From Candidatus Cloacimonadales bacterium (GTDB lineage: Bacteria > Cloacimonadota > Cloacimonadia > Cloacimonadales > DAONDQ01): 64,000 bases of DNA. The position numbers and the translations under genes were made by a program. How positions within the stretch are numbered: the first letter of the stretch is position 1; each line of letters starts with the position of its first letter. Below the pieces are notes generated by a model. The model saw only the letters and a program-made list of their open reading frames with translations, did no database searches and was not told where the DNA came from. The stretch spans positions 4,256,001 to 4,320,000 of the forward strand of contig OY759316.1 in NCBI GenBank assembly GCA_963662275.1, read 5' to 3'. Shown in pieces: positions 51,021-59,754 of this stretch.

Positions 51021-51452
51021 ATGTTCAGAAACATGAAAAATCAAAAGGGCTTTACGTTGATCGAAATTTTGGTGGTTGTTATTATCGTGGCGATACTAGC
51101 AGCATTTGCAGTACCAAGATATCTCCGCTATGTGGAGAAATCTCGTTCTACGGAAGCGCAGACAGCACTTCGTTCAATTCGTACAGCTTATGATGTCTAT
51201 CAGCAGACTTATGGCAGCACAGAGAACTATTCTATCGATGAAGCCTTGAAAGATTCTAAGATTGGAACAGCAACAGCGAAGAATTGGACTTTTGAAGTTG
51301 TCGGCAATCCACCTACCAAATATATTGCAACCTCCTCCGCTGATTTTGCAGCCGGTGAAGGTAAACAAGTCTATTATGATGAAAATGAAGCAAAATTCCA
51401 CGGTTATGGCATTGATGAATGGACTGATATCAATACCGGAGGAAAAGAATAA
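51021..51452 (+). CDS. pilA: Type IVa major pilin
   Basis: QKG|FTLIE class III signal, P22; first gene of the cluster, GGAGG RBS. Confidence 0.85.
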   Translation: MFRNMKNQKGFTLIEILVVVIIVAILAAFAVPRYLRYVEKSRSTEAQTALRSIRTAYDVYQQTYGSTENYSIDEALKDSKIGTATAKNWTFEVVGNPPTKYIATSSADFAAGEGKQVYYDENEAKFHGYGIDEWTDINTGGKE

Positions 51453-51467
51453 CCTTGGGAGGTTGTT

Positions 51468-52523
51468 TTGACCATTCAAGAATTGTTAAAATTTACATCT
51501 GATGCAGGAGCCTCGGATCTACACATAAGCACCGGATCTTATCCGATGGTACGTGTCAATGGACGAATGAAACGGTTGAATCTGCCGATTTTATCTGCTG
51601 AAGAGATAGAAAATCTGATCTTTGGGGTAATGAATGATTCCCAAAAAGAGATTTTCAAAAAGAATTTGGAATTGGACTTTTCCACAAAATTGTCCAATGA
51701 TGTTCGTTTCCGTGTGAATGCATTCCATCAGATTAATGGGTTAGCCGCTGCGTTTCGTGTAATTCCAAACGAAATAAAAACTTTCGATGAACTCCATCTA
51801 CCTGATTCGTTAAAGAAATTAACGACAAAAGAAAAGGGCTTGATCCTCGTGACAGGACCTACCGGTAGTGGAAAATCAACGACACTTGCGACGATGATTG
51901 ACCAAGTCAATGAAAGCCGTTATTGTCATATAATTACAATTGAAGACCCCATCGAATTTGTTCATCGCAGTAAGAATTCTCTGATCAATCAGCGTGAACT
52001 AGGTCATGATACCTGGTCGTTTACGGCTGCTTTAAAATCAGCATTACGTGAAGACCCTGATGTGATCCTGGTTGGTGAAATGCGAGATTTGGCAACCGTG
52101 CAACTGGCTCTAACAGCTGCTGAAACGGGTCACTTGGTTTTAGCCACACTGCATACAAGTAGTGCTACAAAATCTATTGATCGTGTGATTGATATGTTTC
52201 CCAAGGAGCAGCAGCAACAGGTTCGTTCTATGTTGTCTGAATCCCTGGAAGCTGTTGTCGCTCAGACTTTGCTTCCCACTAAGGATGGCAAGGGCAGAGT
52301 ACCGGCACTTGAGATCATGATTGCCAATGCAGCCGTTCGTAACCTGATCCGTGAAGAGAAGACCTATCAGATTCCTTCTGTCATCCAAGCTGGAACAAAA
52401 GAAGGTATGCAAACAAAGGATCAATCATTATACAATCATGTGATGAATAATCTGGTTGACCGTAATCTTGCAGAACAGGTTGCTGATAATCCAAAATTAT
52501 TTGCAACAGGTGTTGGTTTCTAA
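51468..52523 (+). CDS. pilT: Retraction ATPase PilT
   Basis: GPTGSGKST, EDPIE, LREDPD, TLHT, AVRNLIRE. Confidence 0.95.
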   Translation: MTIQELLKFTSDAGASDLHISTGSYPMVRVNGRMKRLNLPILSAEEIENLIFGVMNDSQKEIFKKNLELDFSTKLSNDVRFRVNAFHQINGLAAAFRVIPNEIKTFDELHLPDSLKKLTTKEKGLILVTGPTGSGKSTTLATMIDQVNESRYCHIITIEDPIEFVHRSKNSLINQRELGHDTWSFTAALKSALREDPDVILVGEMRDLATVQLALTAAETGHLVLATLHTSSATKSIDRVIDMFPKEQQQQVRSMLSESLEAVVAQTLLPTKDGKGRVPALEIMIANAAVRNLIREEKTYQIPSVIQAGTKEGMQTKDQSLYNHVMNNLVDRNLAEQVADNPKLFATGVGF

Positions 52524-52526
52524 ATA

Positions 52527-52967
52527 ATGCATATAGGGCGTAGCATGAACAACGAAAAAGGGTTTACCTTGTTGGATGTTGTGATATCCGCTGTCATTAT
52601 AGCGGCTTCGTTTGCTGCGTTATATATCGCCATCGTTTATTGTCAGAAAACACTGGTGCGAAATTCTCATGATAGAATAGCTAGCCTCTTAGCTTCAGGT
52701 GAATTGGAATGGCAATTTTATCAATTCACCGCACTAAAGGATTTCGATTCATTTGTGACGAAGCCCGTGGTTATAGACACATATCCGAATGGTGATCAAT
52801 TAACGGGAACGATGATTTTCGGTAAACCAGCCCTGGAAGCAGATAATGCTTTAGGACAGCTCATGTATCATCAACCGATCATTATCACAGTAGAGTGGAT
52901 GGAACCGGGTGATAGACGAATACGAAGTGTTGCTTTACGCGAAGATTTCGCGATTACAGTACAATAG
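52527..52967 (+). CDS. Minor pilin (PilV-like)
   Basis: EKG|FTLLDVV prepilin-like N-terminus. Confidence 0.75.
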   Translation: MHIGRSMNNEKGFTLLDVVISAVIIAASFAALYIAIVYCQKTLVRNSHDRIASLLASGELEWQFYQFTALKDFDSFVTKPVVIDTYPNGDQLTGTMIFGKPALEADNALGQLMYHQPIIITVEWMEPGDRRIRSVALREDFAITVQ

Positions 52968-52978
52968 GAAACGCAAAA

Positions 52979-53581
52979 ATGATAAAAATTCGTAATTCAC
53001 AAGCCGGTTTTACATTAATAGAAATCATTGCTGCTTTAGCTATCACAGGTTTGCTTTTTGGGGCAGCTACGACAGCTTTTTCGGCATTTTTCTCTAAATA
53101 TGAAGAATTGAATAAGGTATCTGATTTGGAAACTCAAGCTTATGATTGCCTTCAAAAAGGCATTAAATATGGCTTGATTAATGACAGAGACCCCCATAAC
53201 ATTGTATGGTCGGGTGTTGCGAATGCAGATTCGGTTGCTTTCTTAAATGGTAGTGCTGCGGGTTCTACTGGAATCATATTGACTTCTCAGGCGCAATCTG
53301 TTGAACACGCCAATGATTATGTGAAGTTCTGGTTTGATGGAAGAGCTGTTCGCGGAACATATTTGTTCGGCTCAAGTCAGCCATCATCGCCTATTTACAT
53401 ATTTCCGAAACCGTCACGAAACAATAAAATAACCGTGACGAATCTTCGCTTTTCGAAGGTTAATACTTCGACTCCCACGATTAAAGTTCTACGAGTCGAT
53501 TTATCAGCGAAAGTCGAGATACGTAAGAATATCTTTAGATATGTGAATTATTCGACAAAAATGGCTATCAATAAGATATAG
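52979..53581 (+). CDS. Minor pilin (PilW/PulJ-like)
   Basis: QAG|FTLIEII N-terminus. Confidence 0.8.
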   Translation: MIKIRNSQAGFTLIEIIAALAITGLLFGAATTAFSAFFSKYEELNKVSDLETQAYDCLQKGIKYGLINDRDPHNIVWSGVANADSVAFLNGSAAGSTGIILTSQAQSVEHANDYVKFWFDGRAVRGTYLFGSSQPSSPIYIFPKPSRNNKITVTNLRFSKVNTSTPTIKVLRVDLSAKVEIRKNIFRYVNYSTKMAINKI

Positions 53582-53639
53582 GTAGTTTCGTTTGCCGAGA
53601 AACTCATTTGATATCTGACAGTGTAAGAAAGGATTAATT

Positions 53640-55487
53640 ATGTGCTTATTCAATATGAATGAGAAAGGTAACCTAGGGTTAGCCATGGCTGTGGTTATTA
53701 TTGCTTTCCTGTCAAGTGTTACAATGACTGGAATTGCCTTGAAAGATGCTGTTGCTTCCCGGATGCAGTTTGATGCCTTACAGGAAACACATATGCTTCG
53801 TTACCAGGCATTCCGAGGTTTAATGGCATGTAGGGCAATAGATTACTCAGGAGAAGGTTTTTCTTTGCAACTTCAGAAATTTGAAGTGATGACTACCGAT
53901 GCCCGGACTACTTATTTTATGCAAACAAAAATTCTTAAATCTAATGTCTCCACAGGTGGTGGTTTATATACAACAAATGGCTATACGGTTCAGTCGCTTG
54001 TCACGGCAAAACGTGGAGGTGGCTCTGGAATCTACTGGTCCAGGAATTACTCCCCAGTTAGGAAGTATGCCGAAAAAGACATTCGGCGTTCTACTTTTGC
54101 CGGATATCATTATTTCTCCGATATAGACCAGTCTGAAAATGCCGACCTAGGTGCTGATGCAGGAAAAGTTTATTTCTATGGACCTGACGTCATCTACGGA
54201 AGAGTACATAGTAATACCGATATTTGGGTAGAGCAATTAGGTGGTGGAAATAATGATGGTTGGCCCACTTTTTTTGGTGATGTTTCTACTTCCGGTCAAA
54301 TTCGTTGTCTTAGTGGCACCGTTCCTTATGAAACTATATTTAAATCCCATTATTATGAACATGTACCACAGTTAGAGTTTGATTCACATGCCACAGCGAT
54401 CGAGGCAGGACCTCTTTTTCCTTATCCTGAAGATCCTACAGGTAAAACAATTATGCTTGTACGTGTTAACGGAGGCGGATTCAGTTCCTGGATTGGAACT
54501 ATCCAACAAGCTGCAAGTCCTGAATCGATAGATTGCTATGCTCCCCCATATCCACCAGCGCAGGGAGATGAACTATTCTGGTATTGGTTAAACAGAGAAG
54601 ATACACTTTGGACTCAAGGACCTACAGGTGCGGTAATCAATTCATCCATCTATTGTAAAAATAAAACCTGGATTGAAGGAACTTTTAGTGGGAAACAGAC
54701 TTGGGGTTGTAAGGATACATTATCTTTGATTGGTGATATCAAATTAACCGGAACGGGAATTGGTATTAATCCTGATGGTGGTACAACTCCCGGTGCAGGT
54801 AACACGTCTGATTTTGTTGGATTGGTATCGGAAGAAAGGATCAATATTAAATATGGTTATCGAGACCCTGAAGATTCATTGCGCTATCATAGAACAATTG
54901 GTCCGGACGGATATGGACCTGGTACAGGAATCTGGATTTATGCAGCGGTATGCGCCTTAGGAGATGGAAACGGAGATTGCCATAAGGATGGTGTTTTTAC
55001 TTTTGAATATCAGCATCCTCATCCCTCAACACCGGATATTCGAATTGGCAACAGGGTATATACAAAAGTCGATCTGCATGTGCGACCATATCCGCAGACG
55101 ACAGCTGCACCTTGGCCTGGTAACCTTGATTATCCCTGGTTCAATCCTTTATGGCCTGAGTTTGCTCCTTATTTGGAACGTGGTTATATTCATCTTTATG
55201 GATCAGTAGCTCAAAGACGGCGTGGTTTTGTACATCGCAGTACTGGTGATCCAGCGAACCATGATGGAACATGGAACTTTGCCAACTATAAATATGGTGC
55301 TGGGAGCCAGGGGATAAATTATCCTGGTACTTCTGGAGCGGGTGTTGGTTATAAAAAAGACTATCATTTTGATAATCGTTTTTCTTTTACACAACCACCC
55401 AATTTTCCGGAAACGCATACAAGGGCTGGTTTAACACCTTTCGATTCTGAATCTTGGAAATTCAAGAAACCACCAATAAACTTTTAG
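53640..55487 (+). CDS. Large PilX/GspK-like minor pilin with extended C-terminal domain
   Basis: EKG|NLGLAM hydrophobic N-terminus lacking E5; position after V/W-like pilins; GRVHSN and KDYHFDNRF...PPNFP motifs. Confidence 0.7.
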   Translation: MCLFNMNEKGNLGLAMAVVIIAFLSSVTMTGIALKDAVASRMQFDALQETHMLRYQAFRGLMACRAIDYSGEGFSLQLQKFEVMTTDARTTYFMQTKILKSNVSTGGGLYTTNGYTVQSLVTAKRGGGSGIYWSRNYSPVRKYAEKDIRRSTFAGYHYFSDIDQSENADLGADAGKVYFYGPDVIYGRVHSNTDIWVEQLGGGNNDGWPTFFGDVSTSGQIRCLSGTVPYETIFKSHYYEHVPQLEFDSHATAIEAGPLFPYPEDPTGKTIMLVRVNGGGFSSWIGTIQQAASPESIDCYAPPYPPAQGDELFWYWLNREDTLWTQGPTGAVINSSIYCKNKTWIEGTFSGKQTWGCKDTLSLIGDIKLTGTGIGINPDGGTTPGAGNTSDFVGLVSEERINIKYGYRDPEDSLRYHRTIGPDGYGPGTGIWIYAAVCALGDGNGDCHKDGVFTFEYQHPHPSTPDIRIGNRVYTKVDLHVRPYPQTTAAPWPGNLDYPWFNPLWPEFAPYLERGYIHLYGSVAQRRRGFVHRSTGDPANHDGTWNFANYKYGAGSQGINYPGTSGAGVGYKKDYHFDNRFSFTQPPNFPETHTRAGLTPFDSESWKFKKPPINF

Positions 55488-55517
55488 AGTCAGAAAATAA
55501 TATAAAGAAGAGGCTGT

Positions 55518-56588
55518 ATGAATAAGAAAAAAACCCTCAAATTCAAGGAATCTGTTGGGATTGATATCGGAACTCACAGCATCAAAGCTGTGCATCTGAG
55601 AAAAGCCCACGATGGATTCAAATTGCTTAGCTGTGAGGTTCGACAGACAGTTCCTTCCGGAATTGAATACGTACCTTCTGATCTGCGGAAAGATAGATTT
55701 GCTCCCGTACTCACAGAAATGCTGAAAAGCATGAGATTGAGTCCAAAGCACATCAAACATCTTGTCACATCAATAGGTGGTGAAGATACAAGCATCAAGC
55801 AGATCAAGACGATCTTTTTACCGGATGAAGAACTGGAGTCTGCTTTGTTTTTTGAAGCAAAGAAGCATATCCCGATTAGCAGTAATGAAATGGTTTTGGA
55901 TTACCAGGTTTTAAGTATTGAAGAGAAGACAAATAATATGAATATCTTACTCGCTGCTGCGAATAAAGATCTTCTCAACGAACATACTGACATTCTAACC
56001 CAAAGCGGATTAACAGCCAATATCGTGGATATTGACTCCTTAGCAATAGCCAATAGTTTTGTCCTAAATACTCAAGTCGAGGAAGGAACATATGTGCTGC
56101 TGAATTTGGGTGGACATTCCACCAATATGGTCATCTATGGACCACAAGCCAAATTCTTTGCACGGGATATTTCTTATGGTGGCTATAACTTTACAAGAGA
56201 TTTTATGCGGCGATTCAATTTGACTTTTGAAGAAGCGGAGAAACATAAAATGGAACATGGGCTGCTGAAGCCAGCAATCGCAGGTCAAACAGAAGCTCTT
56301 TCCATGTTAGATATCTCGGAAAAAACAATTGAAGATCAATTGGTTGATGAAATTCGTCGATCTCTACGTTTCTATGTTAAAGAAGCCAATAACAGTGATT
56401 TCAGGAAAGTATATCTCCTGGGAGGGACGGCAAATTTAAAAGGTTTGGCTGAATATATACAGGAACGGATCAATATCTCTACTGAATTATATAATCCCTT
56501 TGTCAATTTGGAGGTTTCTGATCGTTTAGCCGATAAGCGTGATCCTCAATTAGCTTTGGCAATTGGCTTAGCAATGCGTGAAGAGTAA
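55518..56588 (+). CDS. pilM: Type IV pilus assembly protein PilM
   Basis: VGIDIGTHSIK, FEAKKHIP, EIRRSLRFY, LAIGLAMR. Confidence 0.92.
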   Translation: MNKKKTLKFKESVGIDIGTHSIKAVHLRKAHDGFKLLSCEVRQTVPSGIEYVPSDLRKDRFAPVLTEMLKSMRLSPKHIKHLVTSIGGEDTSIKQIKTIFLPDEELESALFFEAKKHIPISSNEMVLDYQVLSIEEKTNNMNILLAAANKDLLNEHTDILTQSGLTANIVDIDSLAIANSFVLNTQVEEGTYVLLNLGGHSTNMVIYGPQAKFFARDISYGGYNFTRDFMRRFNLTFEEAEKHKMEHGLLKPAIAGQTEALSMLDISEKTIEDQLVDEIRRSLRFYVKEANNSDFRKVYLLGGTANLKGLAEYIQERINISTELYNPFVNLEVSDRLADKRDPQLALAIGLAMREE

Positions 56589-56594
56589 GGAGAG

Positions 56595-57200
56595 ATGATG
56601 ACGAACTTTTATTTTAAAATTAATCTTAATAAATTCGGAGAGCTTCGCCTTCAGCAGGAAGCAGAGCGCAAAGCATTCCAAACATTTCTCAGTTTGTTTA
56701 TCTTAGGGACTTTACTACTTTTTGCATTTGTTGTTTATTTGGATAATCAGCTATCAAATAAGCTTCAATCACGGCAGAAATTCTTGAAGCAAATCGAGGA
56801 ACAGGTCGCTTCATATGAAGTCAGCGGTGATTTCTTATCTAAGTCAGATCTTGATCGGCTTTCGACTGCTTTCACAGATCGAATATTCTGGGCAAAGAAA
56901 TTAGTAGCTCTGTCTGAAAGAACACAAAGTCAGATAGCGATTACTCATTTTTCCTATAAACGCGGTATCTTGAGTTTATATGGAATTACGAAAGTTGACA
57001 AAGACACGAGAGAATTCGATTTGATCAATAATTTTATTGAAAGCTTGAAAGCAAATCCTCAAATCAACTTGGATTTCAAGGAAATTGTATTTGTACGTTC
57101 AAATCGTGATCGGGAAAAAGACACTGATATTATTCGATTCCAGGTAGATTGTATAGGAAAGGATAGTACAGTCGGTAAGCCAAAGGCAGGTAAAAAATGA
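56595..57200 (+). CDS. pilN: Type IV pilus assembly protein PilN
   Basis: KINL motif, single TM, coiled coil; order M-N-O-P-Q. Confidence 0.75.
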   Translation: MMTNFYFKINLNKFGELRLQQEAERKAFQTFLSLFILGTLLLFAFVVYLDNQLSNKLQSRQKFLKQIEEQVASYEVSGDFLSKSDLDRLSTAFTDRIFWAKKLVALSERTQSQIAITHFSYKRGILSLYGITKVDKDTREFDLINNFIESLKANPQINLDFKEIVFVRSNRDREKDTDIIRFQVDCIGKDSTVGKPKAGKK

Positions 57201-57754
57201 GAAAACAATATATTATCTTCCTGCTCGTTATTGCCCTGTTAAGTGTATCCTTTTTTGTAATTAGCGGATCGATGATCAATTCCAAGGTTAGGAAGATCGC
57301 CTCCGTTGATAAAAAAATCAAAAAAGCACAAGAAAGGCTGAACAGTGCAAAGATCATGAATGAACAACTAAGTCAATTTACCATGATCATCAGGAACAGC
57401 TTAACTACTCAAAGACAATTTAATCCTATCGAAGTGAATGGCTTTGTCAAGCAATTAGCAGATATGTGTGATCAATATAAGATTGCCATTGTATCCGTTT
57501 ATCCGAAAGCAGTATTTGCTGACGCTTCTATGCTTGAGCAACAATATATATTAGAATTAAACTGTACCTATATTCAAACAGGTCAATTTCTTTCTGAGCT
57601 CGAAGGAATGGATAATATCATCAAGATTAATACTCTTGATGTAACTCCTATTCAAGTACAAAATGCAAAGACAGGTAAAAGCGATGTAAGTCAAGCTACA
57701 CGTTATAAGGTTACCTTGGAACTGTCTGTATTCAAGGTCGTGAAGGAGGCATAA
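57197..57754 (+). CDS. pilO: Type IV pilus assembly protein PilO
   Basis: TM plus coiled coil, 'Y..GQFLSELE...IIKI'; synteny. Confidence 0.75.
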   Translation: MRKQYIIFLLVIALLSVSFFVISGSMINSKVRKIASVDKKIKKAQERLNSAKIMNEQLSQFTMIIRNSLTTQRQFNPIEVNGFVKQLADMCDQYKIAIVSVYPKAVFADASMLEQQYILELNCTYIQTGQFLSELEGMDNIIKINTLDVTPIQVQNAKTGKSDVSQATRYKVTLELSVFKVVKEA

Positions 57755-58305
57755 TGGATTACAAATACCTAAAAGACTTCGCGATCAGTTTGACAATCAT
57801 CATGCTAATTGTCTTTCTACTTCGTGATGCATCCCTGTACAAAAAGGAAATGAATGTACCAGTAAAATCAGTATATTCCAAATTATCAGTTAATGATAGC
57901 CTGATGGCAACGATTCAGAATATTGAAAAATCAATTCAAGATCGTAAAAGCTTTATCTTCACTGTAACGAAAGACCCACTGAAGCAGGATCTGATTGTAC
58001 AGGATAGAATAGACTTACTTCAACAGTGGCAGAACATGGTCAAGAATATGGTTCGTCTTGCAGGAACTTTTATTGATGCAGATGGGAAAAGAACAGCTAT
58101 TATTTCCTATCAAGGTAAAGATACTCGATATTATGTCGGAGATTATGTTGCCGGTAGAAAAATTGAAGAAATTCAGAATGGTAAAATTGTCTTCATTGCC
58201 AATGGTCAAAAAGGCACCATGATACTTGAACCCATTCCACCAAAGCCAGTGGAATTGGAAATGAATAAGTCGAATCAAGCCACTCAGCAGGAATTGAACT
58301 ACTAA
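57754..58305 (+). CDS. PilP-like protein
   Basis: KDP motif then 'RLAG...AII...VGDYV' HR-like beta domain; lies between pilO and pilQ. Confidence 0.65.
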   Translation: MDYKYLKDFAISLTIIMLIVFLLRDASLYKKEMNVPVKSVYSKLSVNDSLMATIQNIEKSIQDRKSFIFTVTKDPLKQDLIVQDRIDLLQQWQNMVKNMVRLAGTFIDADGKRTAIISYQGKDTRYYVGDYVAGRKIEEIQNGKIVFIANGQKGTMILEPIPPKPVELEMNKSNQATQQELNY

Positions 58306-58322
58306 AAAATAAATCAAAATCA

Positions 58323-59741
58323 ATGGGAGAAAATATGAAAATTTCGCATTTTTCACAGAAGAAGTGGGTGTTCTTCGTTTTTATTCTGTTGTTAGCCATC
58401 GCTTTGCCGATGTATGCTATAGCCGTCGATCAATTATCGAATCAGAAAGTGTCTTTAGATGCTGATGATGCTAATTTATCTGCGGTGCTGACAACCTTAT
58501 CTAAATTGAGTAACACCAATATCGTCCTGGCAATTGATACAAGCACTGGGGCAACGGATAAAGACAAAAACGCAGAAAAACGAATCACCGTACATTTAAA
58601 GGATGTGCCGATAGAAAATGCTATTTCACTAGTCGCAAAATCCGTTGGTTTATCTTATCGTTTAGTAGGTGAAAACACATTTATCGTAGGTGATAAAGCC
58701 AGGATTGCTGAAGAAACAGGCGAACGCAGTTATACTCTTTATCTGAATAACATCAATGCCGATAAGCTTTCCAAGGCATTTTCCCTAATGCCTGGAAAGA
58801 TAGTTCCCCTTGCGGAACAGAATGCAGTCATTATTCGGGCAAATCCAGAAACTTTCAATGAAATCGTTTCCCGAATTCAGGAATTAGATGTTCCTCAAAA
58901 ACAAATTGAAATACGTGCTCGTGTGATCGAAGTGTCACTTCAATCATCAAAGCAATTTGGTATCGATTGGTCAAAGCTTAACCATTTGACTACGATTTTG
59001 GCAGAAGATCCTGTTAATCAAACGGGGACAGGTTTACCTTATAACTATAATACATCCTATATTGATGGAACACTACCTCATGGTGATCCATTAGAATTTG
59101 AATTATTGCCCAAGACACAGTATTTTCAAAAAATGACAGGTTGGGATGATGTTGGTCATTTCAGTCGTCAGCTTACAGCCTTTGATATTACGATGGATTG
59201 GCTTTTAGAAAATAATGCTGCAAAATTACTTACAGATACTCGTCTCACAGCCATGAATGGTGAAGTTGCTGATATTCTAATTGGTGAGACAATACCATTC
59301 GTTGTTACCAACAATGTGAACCAAGTTCAAGTCGAAAGACAAGATGTGGGTATCAAACTGAAAGTCAAAGCTACGGTAAATAAAGACGGACAGATTACAA
59401 CAACAATTAGTCCAGAAGTTAGCTCGGTAATCGAATTAGTTGGAGGATATGTTCCTCGCACGAAAGTTCGCAGAGTAAATTCAACGGTGACAGTACCGGA
59501 TGGTAAGAAAATTATCGTAGGTGGTTTATTAAATTCTAGTTTAACCCAGAAAACAAGCAAATTACCACTTCTTGGCGATATTCCATTTATCGGTAAATTA
59601 TTCCAACATCGTTATGAAGTATTAGATAATACAGATTTAATCATCGAAATTACACCACGTCTAGTGGATATGAATGAAAAGCAAAAAGAAGCTGATGTAG
59701 ATTCAAGATTAGATAATCACCTAATCAAATACAAAGATTAG
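58323..59741 (+). CDS. pilQ: Secretin PilQ (compact form)
   Basis: LDVPQKQIEIRARVIEV, VGIKLKV, LPLLGDIPFIGKLF, IIEITPRLV. Confidence 0.92.
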   Translation: MGENMKISHFSQKKWVFFVFILLLAIALPMYAIAVDQLSNQKVSLDADDANLSAVLTTLSKLSNTNIVLAIDTSTGATDKDKNAEKRITVHLKDVPIENAISLVAKSVGLSYRLVGENTFIVGDKARIAEETGERSYTLYLNNINADKLSKAFSLMPGKIVPLAEQNAVIIRANPETFNEIVSRIQELDVPQKQIEIRARVIEVSLQSSKQFGIDWSKLNHLTTILAEDPVNQTGTGLPYNYNTSYIDGTLPHGDPLEFELLPKTQYFQKMTGWDDVGHFSRQLTAFDITMDWLLENNAAKLLTDTRLTAMNGEVADILIGETIPFVVTNNVNQVQVERQDVGIKLKVKATVNKDGQITTTISPEVSSVIELVGGYVPRTKVRRVNSTVTVPDGKKIIVGGLLNSSLTQKTSKLPLLGDIPFIGKLFQHRYEVLDNTDLIIEITPRLVDMNEKQKEADVDSRLDNHLIKYKD

Positions 59742-59754
59742 GAAGGAAAAGAAA

